DNA of 61,572 nucleotides, filler included, from Deltaproteobacteria bacterium (GTDB lineage: Bacteria > JAEEML01): the NCBI GenBank assembly GCA_016283195.1. It is 4 parts of 4 records of this genome, joined end to end, with 100 filler letters (N's around TTAATTAATTAA, not from the genome) between each part and the next. Parts side by side here need not be neighbours in the genome. Positions count along the whole stretch, not along the records: positions 6,061 to 24,392 come from JAEEML010000002.1; 3 more parts are not named here. The stretch is one strand, 5' to 3'. The number at the start of each line of letters is the position of its first letter. The first letter of the stretch is position 1. Below the pieces are notes generated by a model, which did no database searches, was not told the DNA's origin, and saw nothing but the letters and a program-made list of their open reading frames with translations. The position numbers and the translations under genes were made by a program. Below, piece by piece: positions 8,325-18,690 of this stretch.

Positions 8325-9935
8325 TCAGTTGCAGGAGCCTTGAACAGCCTGATTTTGAGAAAGCTGTTTGTCACAGCCGGCCACGCCTTCATTGTAGCGG
8401 CACCAGTTGTTCTTAATATCTTCAGCGGAGATGCCGCTGAATTTATGCTTGTTGTTGGCAATCCAAGTGGGGCTGGCGCCGATTTCAAGTTGTTTGGCCA
8501 ATTTGATGTTTTCGCTGTGAAGTTTGCAGCCCTCTTCGGCAATACATTTTTCCATAACCTTCACATCGATACCATCTACAGCACATTTTTGCCAATCGCT
8601 GCTACGGATATCTTTGTTGCGGCAAATGATGTAATCCATGTATTTGTTGTTCTTGGCATAGTGTTTCATAGCGCAGAGTTCGCGGATGTTTTCATCAACT
8701 TCGCCTTGGCCATGGAGAGCATTGAATTTGCAATCGCCAACTTCATCAGCAATGTAATTGATATGGAAATCAATCTTGTCGGCGGGGATGGTATCGAGAA
8801 CCTCTTTCACCGAGTTAAGAGCACGCACGCCATAGGGGCATTGTGACATAACGAATACTTCGAGTTTGCCTTTTACTTCCTGGCGGCAGATGAGAGTATT
8901 GACACAGGTATCATCGGCGCAGTCAACTTTGCCGTTACCGGTATCGTCGATGCCGTTGTCACAAATTTCAGCTGTCGGGTCAAAGTTGCCCATTTCCAAG
9001 ATGCTGTTATCGCCAACTTTTTTAGCTCTCATGATGAAGCGGCGCATCTCGTCAACTTTATTCACATTGGCATCAAAAATCATAACAGGCAGATATTTGA
9101 GGCCGTTATCGGCAAAGATTTTTTTGCCTTCTTCGGTACCGTAATCAACGGCTTTCACTTTGAGGCCGGGCATCATGCCTTGGAAGTGGTTTTGCATACG
9201 AGCAACGCGCATACCGCAATCTTTGCAGCGGCTATCGGAAACAACAGTCATGTTAACTTCCGGCGGCGGGGGCAGAGCGGCACAGACATCCGGTACCTTG
9301 CCATTTTTGTCAAAAGCACCGCAGATAGCGCGCAGGAAAGCATCTTCGCTACGGCCGCCGTTGTAATCTTTACCACCGATTTTCATAGTGGGAGAACCTT
9401 GGGCACCGACTCTTTGCGCTTTGTCAAAAGAAGCAGCGAGAAGGGTTTTGCCTTCTTCACCTTCAAAGCAGGCCTTAACTTTAGCCAAATCAACACCGGC
9501 TTTGGAAGCGCAGCTTTCCCAGTTGCCGGGGATAGCGCGGATATTTTCGTTCATACAGTTAACCATATCCATGTATTTGGCCGGAGAGTGTTTGGCGGCA
9601 CAGAGCTGTACTTTGTCGCCCTGCACTTCGCTATCGCCGTGCATTGAGCTTAAGTTGCCGCCATTATTGGAGCCAATATAATCAATGCTGAAATCAACAT
9701 TGTTGCCCAGTTTTTTGAGTACCGGGTAAATGCCGTCTTCCACCTGTTTACCAAAGGGGCATTGCGACATAACGAAAAATTCCACTTTCACAGCACCGGG
9801 AGCCGGCTTAGCCGCATCGGCAGCAGATTTGGCATCAGCTTTGCCGCTATTGTTGCTTGCCGGAGGACAACCCATAGTTAATAAACCAGTGGCTAAAAAG
9901 CCGGTTGTCACTAGACTCTTTACGATCTTGTTCAT
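8325..9935 (-). CDS. Lipoprotein with tandem GILT/DsbA-like thioredoxin-fold domains
   Basis: Lipobox TMGC; two F(F/V)VMSQCP(F/Y)G...HG..EV...C domains with cis-Pro motifs GSPT and ASPT; EICDNGIDD.GNG.VDCAD repeat. Confidence 0.7.
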   Translation of the reverse strand: MNKIVKSLVTTGFLATGLLTMGCPPASNNSGKADAKSAADAAKPAPGAVKVEFFVMSQCPFGKQVEDGIYPVLKKLGNNVDFSIDYIGSNNGGNLSSMHGDSEVQGDKVQLCAAKHSPAKYMDMVNCMNENIRAIPGNWESCASKAGVDLAKVKACFEGEEGKTLLAASFDKAQRVGAQGSPTMKIGGKDYNGGRSEDAFLRAICGAFDKNGKVPDVCAALPPPPEVNMTVVSDSRCKDCGMRVARMQNHFQGMMPGLKVKAVDYGTEEGKKIFADNGLKYLPVMIFDANVNKVDEMRRFIMRAKKVGDNSILEMGNFDPTAEICDNGIDDTGNGKVDCADDTCVNTLICRQEVKGKLEVFVMSQCPYGVRALNSVKEVLDTIPADKIDFHINYIADEVGDCKFNALHGQGEVDENIRELCAMKHYAKNNKYMDYIICRNKDIRSSDWQKCAVDGIDVKVMEKCIAEEGCKLHSENIKLAKQLEIGASPTWIANNKHKFSGISAEDIKNNWCRYNEGVAGCDKQLSQNQAVQGSCN

Positions 9936-10144
9936 TCTTTTCTCCTTTTTACAATTCCGCCGCTCACCTTATGTGAGACAAACCAATCGGCAAAATCAAC
10001 CCGCAAACTAGACAATTTATTCCTCCTTGGCAATGACTTTTTTCACTTTTTTATTTTATGGCAATAGCCTACCCTATTCCAGCTAACCATTGCAGGAAAG
10101 GTCAAAAAATGTTATTGCCCACTCGCCGGGCTTTGGGAGGTCTT

Positions 10145-10690
10145 GTGTCCGATAATATTTATACCATATTTCCCGATGATTTAGCTGATGAAAGCCACTT
10201 GTCTTTAACCGAGGCGGCTCTTTTACACGAAAGTAAGCGCCAAAGTTATGTTAAAAAAGAAAAGCGCGATTATTCGGCAGCTTATGCCATGATTGGCCAA
10301 AAACCGGCAGAGCGGCATGAAGAGCCGAAAGAGGCCGAAAAAGCCGCTTCTTTAGCTGCAAGTATTCTGCCGGCAGAGCGCTCAAAGGCCGCTTTTATTA
10401 GCCGCGGGCTCAGCAAAAAAGCACCAAATACTCTGGACACTTCCGGAATAAAACAATTTTTGGCCGGTGAAGATCCTGATGGCGGCCATCTTTTTGAACT
10501 GAGTTTTGCCGAAAACCTCCTAGGCGGTTTAAGGTGCTCTTTAAGCAGCTCAGCCGGCCGGGTAAAAGCCGTTTTTTATGCCAGCTCTCATGAAGCAGCA
10601 CGCCGGCTGGAAGAAAATCTGCCTCTTCTCCGCGAAAAACTTTTAAGCCGTGGCCTCCATGTGGACGAACTGGCAGTAAAAGTAGAATAA
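10145..10690 (+). CDS. Protein with FliK/SctP-like hook-length control C-terminal domain
   Basis: C-terminal LGGLRCSL...VKAVFYAS..EAARRLEENLPLLREKL..RGLHV; GTG start after GGAGG. Confidence 0.6.
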   Translation: MSDNIYTIFPDDLADESHLSLTEAALLHESKRQSYVKKEKRDYSAAYAMIGQKPAERHEEPKEAEKAASLAASILPAERSKAAFISRGLSKKAPNTLDTSGIKQFLAGEDPDGGHLFELSFAENLLGGLRCSLSSSAGRVKAVFYASSHEAARRLEENLPLLREKLLSRGLHVDELAVKVE

Positions 10691-10714
10691 CTTATAATCA
10701 AAGGATTTATATAT

Positions 10715-13114
10715 ATGTGGCAAAATGCTATCGGAAAACTGGCCCAAAGTTTGGTAACGCATCCTAAACGTTATGTAACAGCTATTTTGCTGCTAGCGGC
10801 CGCCGCCGGCCTTATTTGCCTTAATTTGCACTTTGATTCCAGCTACGAAGCGCTGCTCCCGGAAAATAGCCCCAAACTAAAAGCCACCGACCAAGTGCGC
10901 GAGCTCACAGGCGGTTTTCGCCAGTTGGTTTTGGCTGTGGAAGGCAGCAGTTTAGAGCGCCTGGCTCTCGCCGAAAAGCTGGCTTTAGCCTGCGAAGATT
11001 TGCCTGAAATAAACCGCGTCGAGCTAAAGCAACCGGTTGATTTTTTTACCGAAAAGGCGCTCTGGTTTTTACCGGAAGATGAGCTTAAAAATCTAAACGA
11101 AACCATAAGCGAAGCCATAGAGGCCAGTTTGGCAGCGCGCGATCCTTTAAATCTCGGCCTGATGGATGAGGAAGAGGCAAAAGAGGAAGAAGAGGAAGCC
11201 TGGCAAGCGGTAAATCAATTAGTGGCTAAGCTGAAAAATAAAATTCCCCAAAAAAATCCCTATCTGGAAAGCAGTGACGGCCGCTATCTTTTTTTGGTAG
11301 CCGTGCCATCAATTAAATTTAGCGATATGCAGGCGGCTATTGATCTTTTAAATAAAATTGAAAAGATTATCGCCTCGCTGGAGCCGCAGAAACAGGGCAT
11401 CAGCGTCTCTATGGCCGGCAATCTGAAAATTGTGGAAGAGCAGCATGAAACCATGACCATCGACCTCACGGTGGCCGCTGTTTTGGCTCTTTTACTCTCG
11501 GTGCTTTTGGTCGCTATTTTTACCAAAAAAATAAGAGCGCCGTTTTTAATCGCCTTAGCCCTTTTAACCGGCATTGCTCTAACCATGGCTCTAACAACAT
11601 TAACTATTGGTAATTTAAATATTATCACCGGTTTTTTAATTTCAGTGATTGTGGGGCTGGGCATCGATTTTGGCATCCATATATATATACGTTACAAGCA
11701 GGAGCTGAAAGCTGCCCCAAGTAGCCCGGAGGCCGCTATGGAAAAGACGGTTAAAGGCACTTTTACCCCGGCCCTCATTGCTGCTCTCACCACCATGGGC
11801 ACATTTTTTTCCTTTTATTTTGCCGAGTTTCGCGGTTTTTCGGAATTTGGTTTAATTGCCACTATTGGTGTGGCTTTTACCTTTATCTCCTCCTTTTTGC
11901 TTTTGCCGCCCCTCCTCGTCTTGCTGGATAAAAAAGCACCGCTTCCCCCAAAAGCCCTGAAAACTAATAAGCCTTTACTCACCTTAAAGCGTTCTATAAT
12001 AGTTATTGTCCTCCTGCTAGCCTTATCGGCTTTTGGCTGGGCTAATGCCACTAAAATTGAATTTAGGAATGATTACAAAAACTTACGCGGCGTCTCTGCG
12101 GCCACGGCCTTTTTGGATTATGTAGATAATGAAATGGGCGGAAGCTTAAGCCCGGCCGTTTTACTCTTTGATTCGCTCACTGATACTCAAAAAGCGGCCG
12201 CCATTTTGCGCGAAGAAATAAAAAAAGAGACCGGCGGCGAAACCGCGCGCGTTTTAAAACTTTTTGCCGCCAGCGATTTATTGCCGCTAAAAAGCGCCGC
12301 TAAAGAAAAAACCATGGAGAGCCTGCGCGATTTGCTCTTGGATGAGGCTCTTAACGAGGCGCTTAATGAGGAGAGTGAGCGCGGCAAAGAGCTCATGAGA
12401 GCGCGCCAAATGGTTAAAGCGGAGCCTTGGACCTTTAATGACCTGCCGCCGGAGCTAAGAGCCCGTTTTAGCACTAAAAACGGCCAAAAGTATCTTCTCT
12501 ATCTCTGGCCGCACCACCGTTATGAAGCCGATTATGAAGCGGCCGCCTGGGAAGAATTATTGGAAAAGCTTTCCGCCCAGCTAACAGCGGCCGGCCTCCC
12601 ACATCTCATGGCCGATGAGACGCTTATTTTGGCCTGGGTTTATAAACTAATTCTGCACGATAGCCCCAAAGTGCTGGCTATCGCCGCTCTCATCACTTTG
12701 CTCTTTTTACTCATCGACCTGCGCTCCTTTAAAAAAGCGGCTCTGGTGGCCACGCCGCTCATTCTCGGCCTCGGCATCTTCTTTGCGCTGATGCGCCTTT
12801 TCAGCCTGGAGCTCAATATGTTTAATATTATTGTCTTGCCCAGCATGATTGGCATCGGCATCGATAACGCCATTCATATATATCACCGCTATAAACTGGC
12901 CGGCCCGGGGCAGCTTGATTTTGTTTTGCGATCCACCGGCGTGGCCGCCTTTTTGGCCACCTCCACCACCATAATCGGCTTTGGTTCCAGCATAGTCTCC
13001 CACATGCCAGGGCTACGCTCTTTGGGGATTTTAGCCATCATCGGCCTCTCGGCTATGTTTTTAAGCGCCGTGGTCTTTTTCCCGGCTCTCTTAAAATTAT
13101 TGGAGCGCAAATGA
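10715..13114 (+). CDS. MMPL/RND family transporter
   Basis: Two-fold repeated transmembrane architecture with GLGIDFGIH and GIGIDNAIH motifs. Confidence 0.9.
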   Translation: MWQNAIGKLAQSLVTHPKRYVTAILLLAAAAGLICLNLHFDSSYEALLPENSPKLKATDQVRELTGGFRQLVLAVEGSSLERLALAEKLALACEDLPEINRVELKQPVDFFTEKALWFLPEDELKNLNETISEAIEASLAARDPLNLGLMDEEEAKEEEEEAWQAVNQLVAKLKNKIPQKNPYLESSDGRYLFLVAVPSIKFSDMQAAIDLLNKIEKIIASLEPQKQGISVSMAGNLKIVEEQHETMTIDLTVAAVLALLLSVLLVAIFTKKIRAPFLIALALLTGIALTMALTTLTIGNLNIITGFLISVIVGLGIDFGIHIYIRYKQELKAAPSSPEAAMEKTVKGTFTPALIAALTTMGTFFSFYFAEFRGFSEFGLIATIGVAFTFISSFLLLPPLLVLLDKKAPLPPKALKTNKPLLTLKRSIIVIVLLLALSAFGWANATKIEFRNDYKNLRGVSAATAFLDYVDNEMGGSLSPAVLLFDSLTDTQKAAAILREEIKKETGGETARVLKLFAASDLLPLKSAAKEKTMESLRDLLLDEALNEALNEESERGKELMRARQMVKAEPWTFNDLPPELRARFSTKNGQKYLLYLWPHHRYEADYEAAAWEELLEKLSAQLTAAGLPHLMADETLILAWVYKLILHDSPKVLAIAALITLLFLLIDLRSFKKAALVATPLILGLGIFFALMRLFSLELNMFNIIVLPSMIGIGIDNAIHIYHRYKLAGPGQLDFVLRSTGVAAFLATSTTIIGFGSSIVSHMPGLRSLGILAIIGLSAMFLSAVVFFPALLKLLERK

Positions 13115-14778
13115 AAAAAAGCGCCAGGGCAGCACCTAAGGCCAACTCGCTAAAAAGCACTTTAGCCTTTATAGCCCCATATATAAGGCCCTATCTGCCT
13201 GCTCTTATTGGGCTTTATATTCTCATTGCCTGCTCGGCGCTCCTGGCCCTCCTCTTGCCCTGGTTCTTTGGGGAGCTTTTAAATAACGCCGCCGAGAAAA
13301 ATTTTGAATTACTCAACAAAAACGCTGTATTATTATCCATAGTGGTTTTGGCAAGTTCCGGGCTTTCCTATTTACGCACCAAATTTTACAGCGTTAAAAC
13401 CGAGCAAATAACGGCGGCACTGCGTCTTATGACCTTCCGCAAAATTCTCACTCTACCCATTAGCTTTTTTGATAAAAATCCCGCCGGTGAGCTGCTTTCA
13501 CGTTTAAATAGCGATGTTGAGGCTTTAAACGAAGCTATAACCAAGGCGCTGGCCCAATTTTTGCGCCAGGCACTAATGGTGCTGGGCGCTTTATGGCTCC
13601 TGGCTACTATTTCTCTTAAGCTGGCCCTTATTATGTTTTTAATCTTTCCGCCTGTGGCTGTTTTAAGCAAATACCTGGGCCGGAAAATTCGCCATATAGC
13701 CTCTAGGCGCCAGAATGAACGCGCTCTGCTTACGGCTTTTGCCGAAGAGAGTTTTGGCCAGATTAAAGTGCTCAAAGCTTTTGGCCAAGAGGAGGAGCGC
13801 GGCCGCCTTTTCACAGAAAAAAACAGCAAACTTATTGAAACTCAGCGCGAGGAGGCACAAAACAGGGCTATTGCCGTTTCTTTATCATCTTTGGCCATGA
13901 ACGGAGCACTGATTTTTATCATGTGGTTTGGCGCCCGTGAATTAAACCAAACGGCCGCTTTTGCCGGCGGCGATTTACTTAAATTCGGCCTCTACGGCCT
14001 CTATCTGGCCGGGGCGGTAAGCGGACTTAGCGAAATATATCATGCGCTCGCGCGGGCTGCTGGAGCTTCTACGCGCCTGGCGGCTATTTTAGCGGAAAAT
14101 AGTGAAAAGTTTGGCACCCTGGCTCTGCCGAAAAAAGCCGATATAAGCATAAAAGATCTCTCCTTTAGCTATGAAACCCGCCCGGGCACTATAGTGCTAA
14201 AGCAGCTCTCATTTAATATTAAAAGCGGAGAAAGAGTGGCTATCATGGGCCCCTCAGGCGCCGGCAAAAGCACTCTCGTGGCTTTAATCATGGGCTTTTA
14301 CCGTCCAGAGGCCGGCAGTATCAAAATCGCGGATAAATCGCTTTATGAATACGACATCGCCGCCTGGCGCCAAAGCATTGGCCTAGTAACTCAGGAGACA
14401 GAGCTTTTTTCCGGCACTATAGCGGATAATATTACTCTTTGGCGCCCATGCCGGCCAAAAGAACTGGCCGTTCTCTGCCAAAAAGTGGGCCTAAGTGATT
14501 TTGTGGCTTCCTTACCGGCCGGCCTTGATACACCTGTCGGCGAACGCGGCCTGGCCCTCTCCGGCGGCCAGCGGCAGCGCATAGCACTGGCCAGAGCGCT
14601 ATTCAGCCGGCCCCGCCTTTTAATTTTAGATGAACCGGTAGCCGCTCTCGATGAAAAAACCGCCGCCGGCGTATGGGCTTCTTTGGCAGAAATAACCGCC
14701 GATACCACAACGCTGCTGATTACACACCATCTGCCAAGCAAACTAAATATAGATAAGATTATAGAATTGCCGCTCTAA
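13111..14778 (+). CDS. ABC exporter, fused permease and ATP-binding domains
   Basis: Transmembrane domain followed by GPSGAGKS, LSGGQRQR, LILDE and H-loop ITHH. Confidence 0.92.
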   Translation: MKKSARAAPKANSLKSTLAFIAPYIRPYLPALIGLYILIACSALLALLLPWFFGELLNNAAEKNFELLNKNAVLLSIVVLASSGLSYLRTKFYSVKTEQITAALRLMTFRKILTLPISFFDKNPAGELLSRLNSDVEALNEAITKALAQFLRQALMVLGALWLLATISLKLALIMFLIFPPVAVLSKYLGRKIRHIASRRQNERALLTAFAEESFGQIKVLKAFGQEEERGRLFTEKNSKLIETQREEAQNRAIAVSLSSLAMNGALIFIMWFGARELNQTAAFAGGDLLKFGLYGLYLAGAVSGLSEIYHALARAAGASTRLAAILAENSEKFGTLALPKKADISIKDLSFSYETRPGTIVLKQLSFNIKSGERVAIMGPSGAGKSTLVALIMGFYRPEAGSIKIADKSLYEYDIAAWRQSIGLVTQETELFSGTIADNITLWRPCRPKELAVLCQKVGLSDFVASLPAGLDTPVGERGLALSGGQRQRIALARALFSRPRLLILDEPVAALDEKTAAGVWASLAEITADTTTLLITHHLPSKLNIDKIIELPL

Positions 14779-15969
14779 CTACCAGCCTATATCTTCGCAT
14801 CCGCTGGAGATAATGGGATCTTCGGCCGCTGTTTTTCTGGGCACTTTGGGCCACCAGGGAGTTCTGGCCGCTTTTAAATTATGCGGTTCGGCAAGCTCGC
14901 CAGGGCGGGGTAATAAAATATCGACACCCTCTTGGTGACCGGCCGTTAAAAGGCGCTCAATCGGCTCCGTCCAGCTATGGCGCGCCAGGTTAAAGAGCCC
15001 CCAGTGCACACCCATAAGTGTTTCGCCGCCGGCCATGATATGGGCTTTTACCGCCTGTTCCGGCCCCATGTGCCAATCCGGCCAATTAGCGTTATATTGA
15101 CCGATATCAATCATGGTTAAATCAAAGGGCCCAAGGCGCTGGCCAATCTCGCGTATCCCCGGGAAAAGGCCGCTATCGCCGGAATACCAAACACTGCGAT
15201 TTTTGCCCTTAAAAGCAAAACCGGCCCAGAGTGTTTTATCGGCTCCGATGGGCCACAGGCGGCCGGAAGTATGCCGCGCCGGAGTAGCCGTTATAGTAAC
15301 ATTTTTAACATCAAAACTCTCCCACCAGTCTATTTCCTTAATGCGCTCCGGCTTAATACCCCAATATTTGAGGTGCGCCCCCACACCGAGCGGCACTATA
15401 AAACGCACGTTCCAATGCTCCATAGCCTTTATGGTATCATAATCCAAATGGTCATAGTGGTCGTGCGAGATAATAACCGCATCAATAGGCGGCAAATCAT
15501 CAAGATCTATTAGTGGGTCATACCAACGCTTAGGCCCTAAAAGCTTAGTCGGCGACGGACGCTCGGACCAAATGGGATCAATAAGAAGTGTAGCGCCCTC
15601 GATTTCCAGAATAACCGTCGAATGGCCCAGCCAGGTAACTCGCAAATCTTTATACGGTTTTTGGGCAAAAGATTCTTTAGTAATATGCGCCAAAGAGAGA
15701 TCATCATCCGCCGGCACGTTATAGGGATTAGACTTAAAGCTCTCTTTAATACTACCCCGCCAATTATTCTTTAGCGGCAACGGGCCGACAAAGCGGTTAT
15801 CATACCAAAATTTGGAGGCACTCAAAACCTGGTCGCGGTGCTCTTTATCGGGGCTGCGCCCCAGACGTTGCCAATTCATAATGAGAAAAGAAACTATAAC
15901 CCCCAAAACTATTGCAGCAAGCGAAGCGCCAAACAATTGTAATCCGCTCCTTAAATATCCTTTAGCCAT
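14779..15969 (-). CDS. MBL-fold metallo-hydrolase (RomA/NAPE-PLD-like)
   Basis: TWLGHST, ISHDHYDHLD, PARHTSGR, HMGPEQAV, HWG; N-terminal transmembrane segment. Confidence 0.9.
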   Translation of the reverse strand: MAKGYLRSGLQLFGASLAAIVLGVIVSFLIMNWQRLGRSPDKEHRDQVLSASKFWYDNRFVGPLPLKNNWRGSIKESFKSNPYNVPADDDLSLAHITKESFAQKPYKDLRVTWLGHSTVILEIEGATLLIDPIWSERPSPTKLLGPKRWYDPLIDLDDLPPIDAVIISHDHYDHLDYDTIKAMEHWNVRFIVPLGVGAHLKYWGIKPERIKEIDWWESFDVKNVTITATPARHTSGRLWPIGADKTLWAGFAFKGKNRSVWYSGDSGLFPGIREIGQRLGPFDLTMIDIGQYNANWPDWHMGPEQAVKAHIMAGGETLMGVHWGLFNLARHSWTEPIERLLTAGHQEGVDILLPRPGELAEPHNLKAARTPWWPKVPRKTAAEDPIISSGCEDIGW

Positions 15970-15981
15970 ATTTCGTCCCAA

Positions 15982-17577
15982 CTATTCCAAAAGCAATTGA
16001 TGGAGCCCCGGCAGGCGCAGTTTCTGTCCCACATAGAGTGTCCATTCACGCCCGTGCGAGCGCTTCTTATTTTTGGCAAAAAGCGCTTTGTTAAGTTGCA
16101 AAAGCCGCGCTTTTGTTATGCCAAAACGGCGACAAATCGTGCTCACATTATCACCTTTTCTAACAGTATAATAGCGAAAAGCGTCTTCGCCCAGTAAAAG
16201 AACAATATCGAGCGGCGCAGCCTTTTTCAGCATGGCGGTGAGGTGCTCATCGCTAAGGCGATCTACAGTAGGCAGAGCAGCGGAAAGAGCGGAAAAATCC
16301 TCATCTTTAGCCATAAGTTGCCACTTGCCGAGCGGCGTTACCCCCAGGGGATAGCGGCGATTCATCTTAATGAGCATATCGTAATCGGCCCCGGCCTTCT
16401 GGGCCAGCTCTTGCAAACGAATAGCTCCTTCGCCCTCTAAAAGTTTGGGCACATAATTCTTACGCGGCGGCAAATCATAACCTTTAGCCCGCCGCCAGGC
16501 CATCACCATGAGCACCATAACAATGCGCGGCTGGTAGCGATAAGTCTCGGTGGCAATATAGGTGGGCGTGCTGTAGCGCGTATATTTTAATTCGCGGCAA
16601 TCACTCTTTTTTTGCCTTTTAAGCGCCTGGGAGACGCGGTAAATGCCGCCGTTATAGGCCATAATAGCGCAGGAAAGCGGCGATTTTGTCCACTGAAAAG
16701 CTTTTATATTTTCCCTTGTTAGCTCAAAAGCGGCGCGGCTCGCCACCGGCCAGTCAAAGCGCAAATCTTCGGCCGGGTAAGGATCTTCTTCACCTAGGCG
16801 CCTTGCTATGCGGCTAAAGGTAGGGCGCATAAATTGCCACGGCCCGCCGGCCCCGGCCCAGGAGATGGCATTGGTATTAACCATGCTCTCCACCACCACC
16901 AGAGCTTTTAAGGCATCAATAAGGGCTATCTCCCCTGCCTCGGCTTTTAAAGCTTCCGGGAAATGTTCTAGCGCCTCTTTTTCTATAATGGGAAAATAAA
17001 TTTCTTCACCGCGATCCAGAGCTTTATGTAACCTAGCCTGAGCCCGGCAGCCGCCATACCAGGAGATAAACTGCTCTCTCACCCGCACATGAGAAAAAGC
17101 CATATCTTCCATATTAAGGGCTGTAAGCGGCGCTAATTTGCCGCTGGGCATAGCAGCCAAAAGCTCATCAAAAGAGCGAATACAGGGAATTTCGCCGCGC
17201 TCCGGCTGCACTATTTCATCAGCTTCGGCGGCTAAGAGGCTATCGGCACTATCACTTTGGGCATCACTTTGGCCATCGCTTTGGCTATCGGCAAAGTCGC
17301 TATCACCATCAGAAAAATCTCTATTTTGGCTATCGAGATCACTTAAAGCATCGTTAGTTTGCGCTGCAGTATAAGGCGCATCGCTGGCAGAATCATGACT
17401 AGAACTTTGGGCGTCAGAAAGCGCATCGCCCTCTTGTTCGCCGGCAGTTTCGCCTGAGCTCTCAGCCGGCAGATAATTAGTCAGAGTGACTTTTTCCGGC
17501 GCCGCCACAGGGCGCGCAGCGGGCTGGCAGCCCCATAAAAGCGTGGACAGTAATAGGTATGGCAAATGTTGCTTCAT
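15982..17577 (-). CDS. MltD-like lytic transglycosylase lipoprotein with C-terminal LysM
   Basis: Lipobox LWGC; VES...A.SWAGAGGPWQFM; AYNGG; ETYRY; LysM YTVRKGDNV...GQKLRLP. Confidence 0.85.
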   Translation of the reverse strand: MKQHLPYLLLSTLLWGCQPAARPVAAPEKVTLTNYLPAESSGETAGEQEGDALSDAQSSSHDSASDAPYTAAQTNDALSDLDSQNRDFSDGDSDFADSQSDGQSDAQSDSADSLLAAEADEIVQPERGEIPCIRSFDELLAAMPSGKLAPLTALNMEDMAFSHVRVREQFISWYGGCRAQARLHKALDRGEEIYFPIIEKEALEHFPEALKAEAGEIALIDALKALVVVESMVNTNAISWAGAGGPWQFMRPTFSRIARRLGEEDPYPAEDLRFDWPVASRAAFELTRENIKAFQWTKSPLSCAIMAYNGGIYRVSQALKRQKKSDCRELKYTRYSTPTYIATETYRYQPRIVMVLMVMAWRRAKGYDLPPRKNYVPKLLEGEGAIRLQELAQKAGADYDMLIKMNRRYPLGVTPLGKWQLMAKDEDFSALSAALPTVDRLSDEHLTAMLKKAAPLDIVLLLGEDAFRYYTVRKGDNVSTICRRFGITKARLLQLNKALFAKNKKRSHGREWTLYVGQKLRLPGLHQLLLE

Positions 17578-17634
17578 GCTAAATAACCCGCCCTGCCCAC
17601 AGTAAAAAAAGCGGCCGAGAAACGGCCCGCCGCC

Positions 17635-18690
17635 TTAGAGCAAAAAGGCCAGGCCCAATAGTAGCACAGCTGGCGCCAAAAAGAACTGATAACCTTCCTG
17701 CCATAATTTGCGCATAGTGGAACTCTGCTCTTTGGCTTCAAGATTTACCTTTATATTTTGGTCATATATGGCCTCAAGATCCATCTCGCCACTCACGGAG
17801 CGCACATAGGCGCCGCCGGTCTCCAGAGCTATTTTTTGCAAAATAGTCTCATCGAGAGCGGTAGTTATCATCTCGCCACGACGGTCGGTTTTAAAGCCGC
17901 CCTTTTCTTCCGGAATGGGCGCGCTTTCGTTTTTACCGATGCCAATGGCATAAATTCTCACTCCCTCTTCGGCGGCCCGTTTAGCCGCTTCCAGCGGTTT
18001 TCCTTCATGATCTTCGCCATCGGTAATCAAAATAATGGCTTTAGACTCGCGCGGCGAATCTTTGAGCAGATTAGTAGCGCTATCAATAGCGGCGGCGAGC
18101 GCCGTGCCGGGAACAGGTATCAAATCGGGAGCCAGTTGGTCTAAAAACATTCTAATGGCTCCGTAATCCAAAGTGAGCGGACACTCCACAAAAGGTATGC
18201 CGGCAAAGGGCACAAGAGCCACCCGGTCGCCATCGAGGCGCTCCAAAAGGTCGCTTATTTCTCTTTTAGCTCTCGTTAAACGGTTAGGATCGATATCGCC
18301 GGCCAGCATGGATCGCGAGACATCCACCACGAGAGCAATATCTACCCCTCGGCGCTCAATATTTTCCAAGCGGTACCCCCACTGTGGGCGAATTAAAGCC
18401 AAAGTAGCCAGCCAAATGGCCAAAATAACCAGCATGGCTTTATAAACGGCCCGCCGCCGCCACTTTAGGGGCATAAGGCGCTCTATGGCCGGCCACTCGG
18501 CAAATAAGAGAAGCGCCCGTTTTTTAAAGTAAAAGCCGAGATAATAAATAATCAGCACTAAAGGCACGACAAAAATCGCGGCGAGATATGTCAGGCTCCC
18601 AAAATGCGGCACAATAGAAAGTGTCAGCGCGGTGCCCAGGCCGATAATCAGTAGTAATGCCACTAAATCGCGCAGTGTAAATCCCATCAC
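17635..18690 (-). CDS. VWA-domain protein BatB-like
   Basis: LIRPQWG, MIDAS motif DVSRSM, PNRL.RAK, LITDGEDHEG. Confidence 0.85.
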   Translation of the reverse strand: MMGFTLRDLVALLLIIGLGTALTLSIVPHFGSLTYLAAIFVVPLVLIIYYLGFYFKKRALLLFAEWPAIERLMPLKWRRRAVYKAMLVILAIWLATLALIRPQWGYRLENIERRGVDIALVVDVSRSMLAGDIDPNRLTRAKREISDLLERLDGDRVALVPFAGIPFVECPLTLDYGAIRMFLDQLAPDLIPVPGTALAAAIDSATNLLKDSPRESKAIILITDGEDHEGKPLEAAKRAAEEGVRIYAIGIGKNESAPIPEEKGGFKTDRRGEMITTALDETILQKIALETGGAYVRSVSGEMDLEAIYDQNIKVNLEAKEQSSTMRKLWQEGYQFFLAPAVLLLGLAFLL

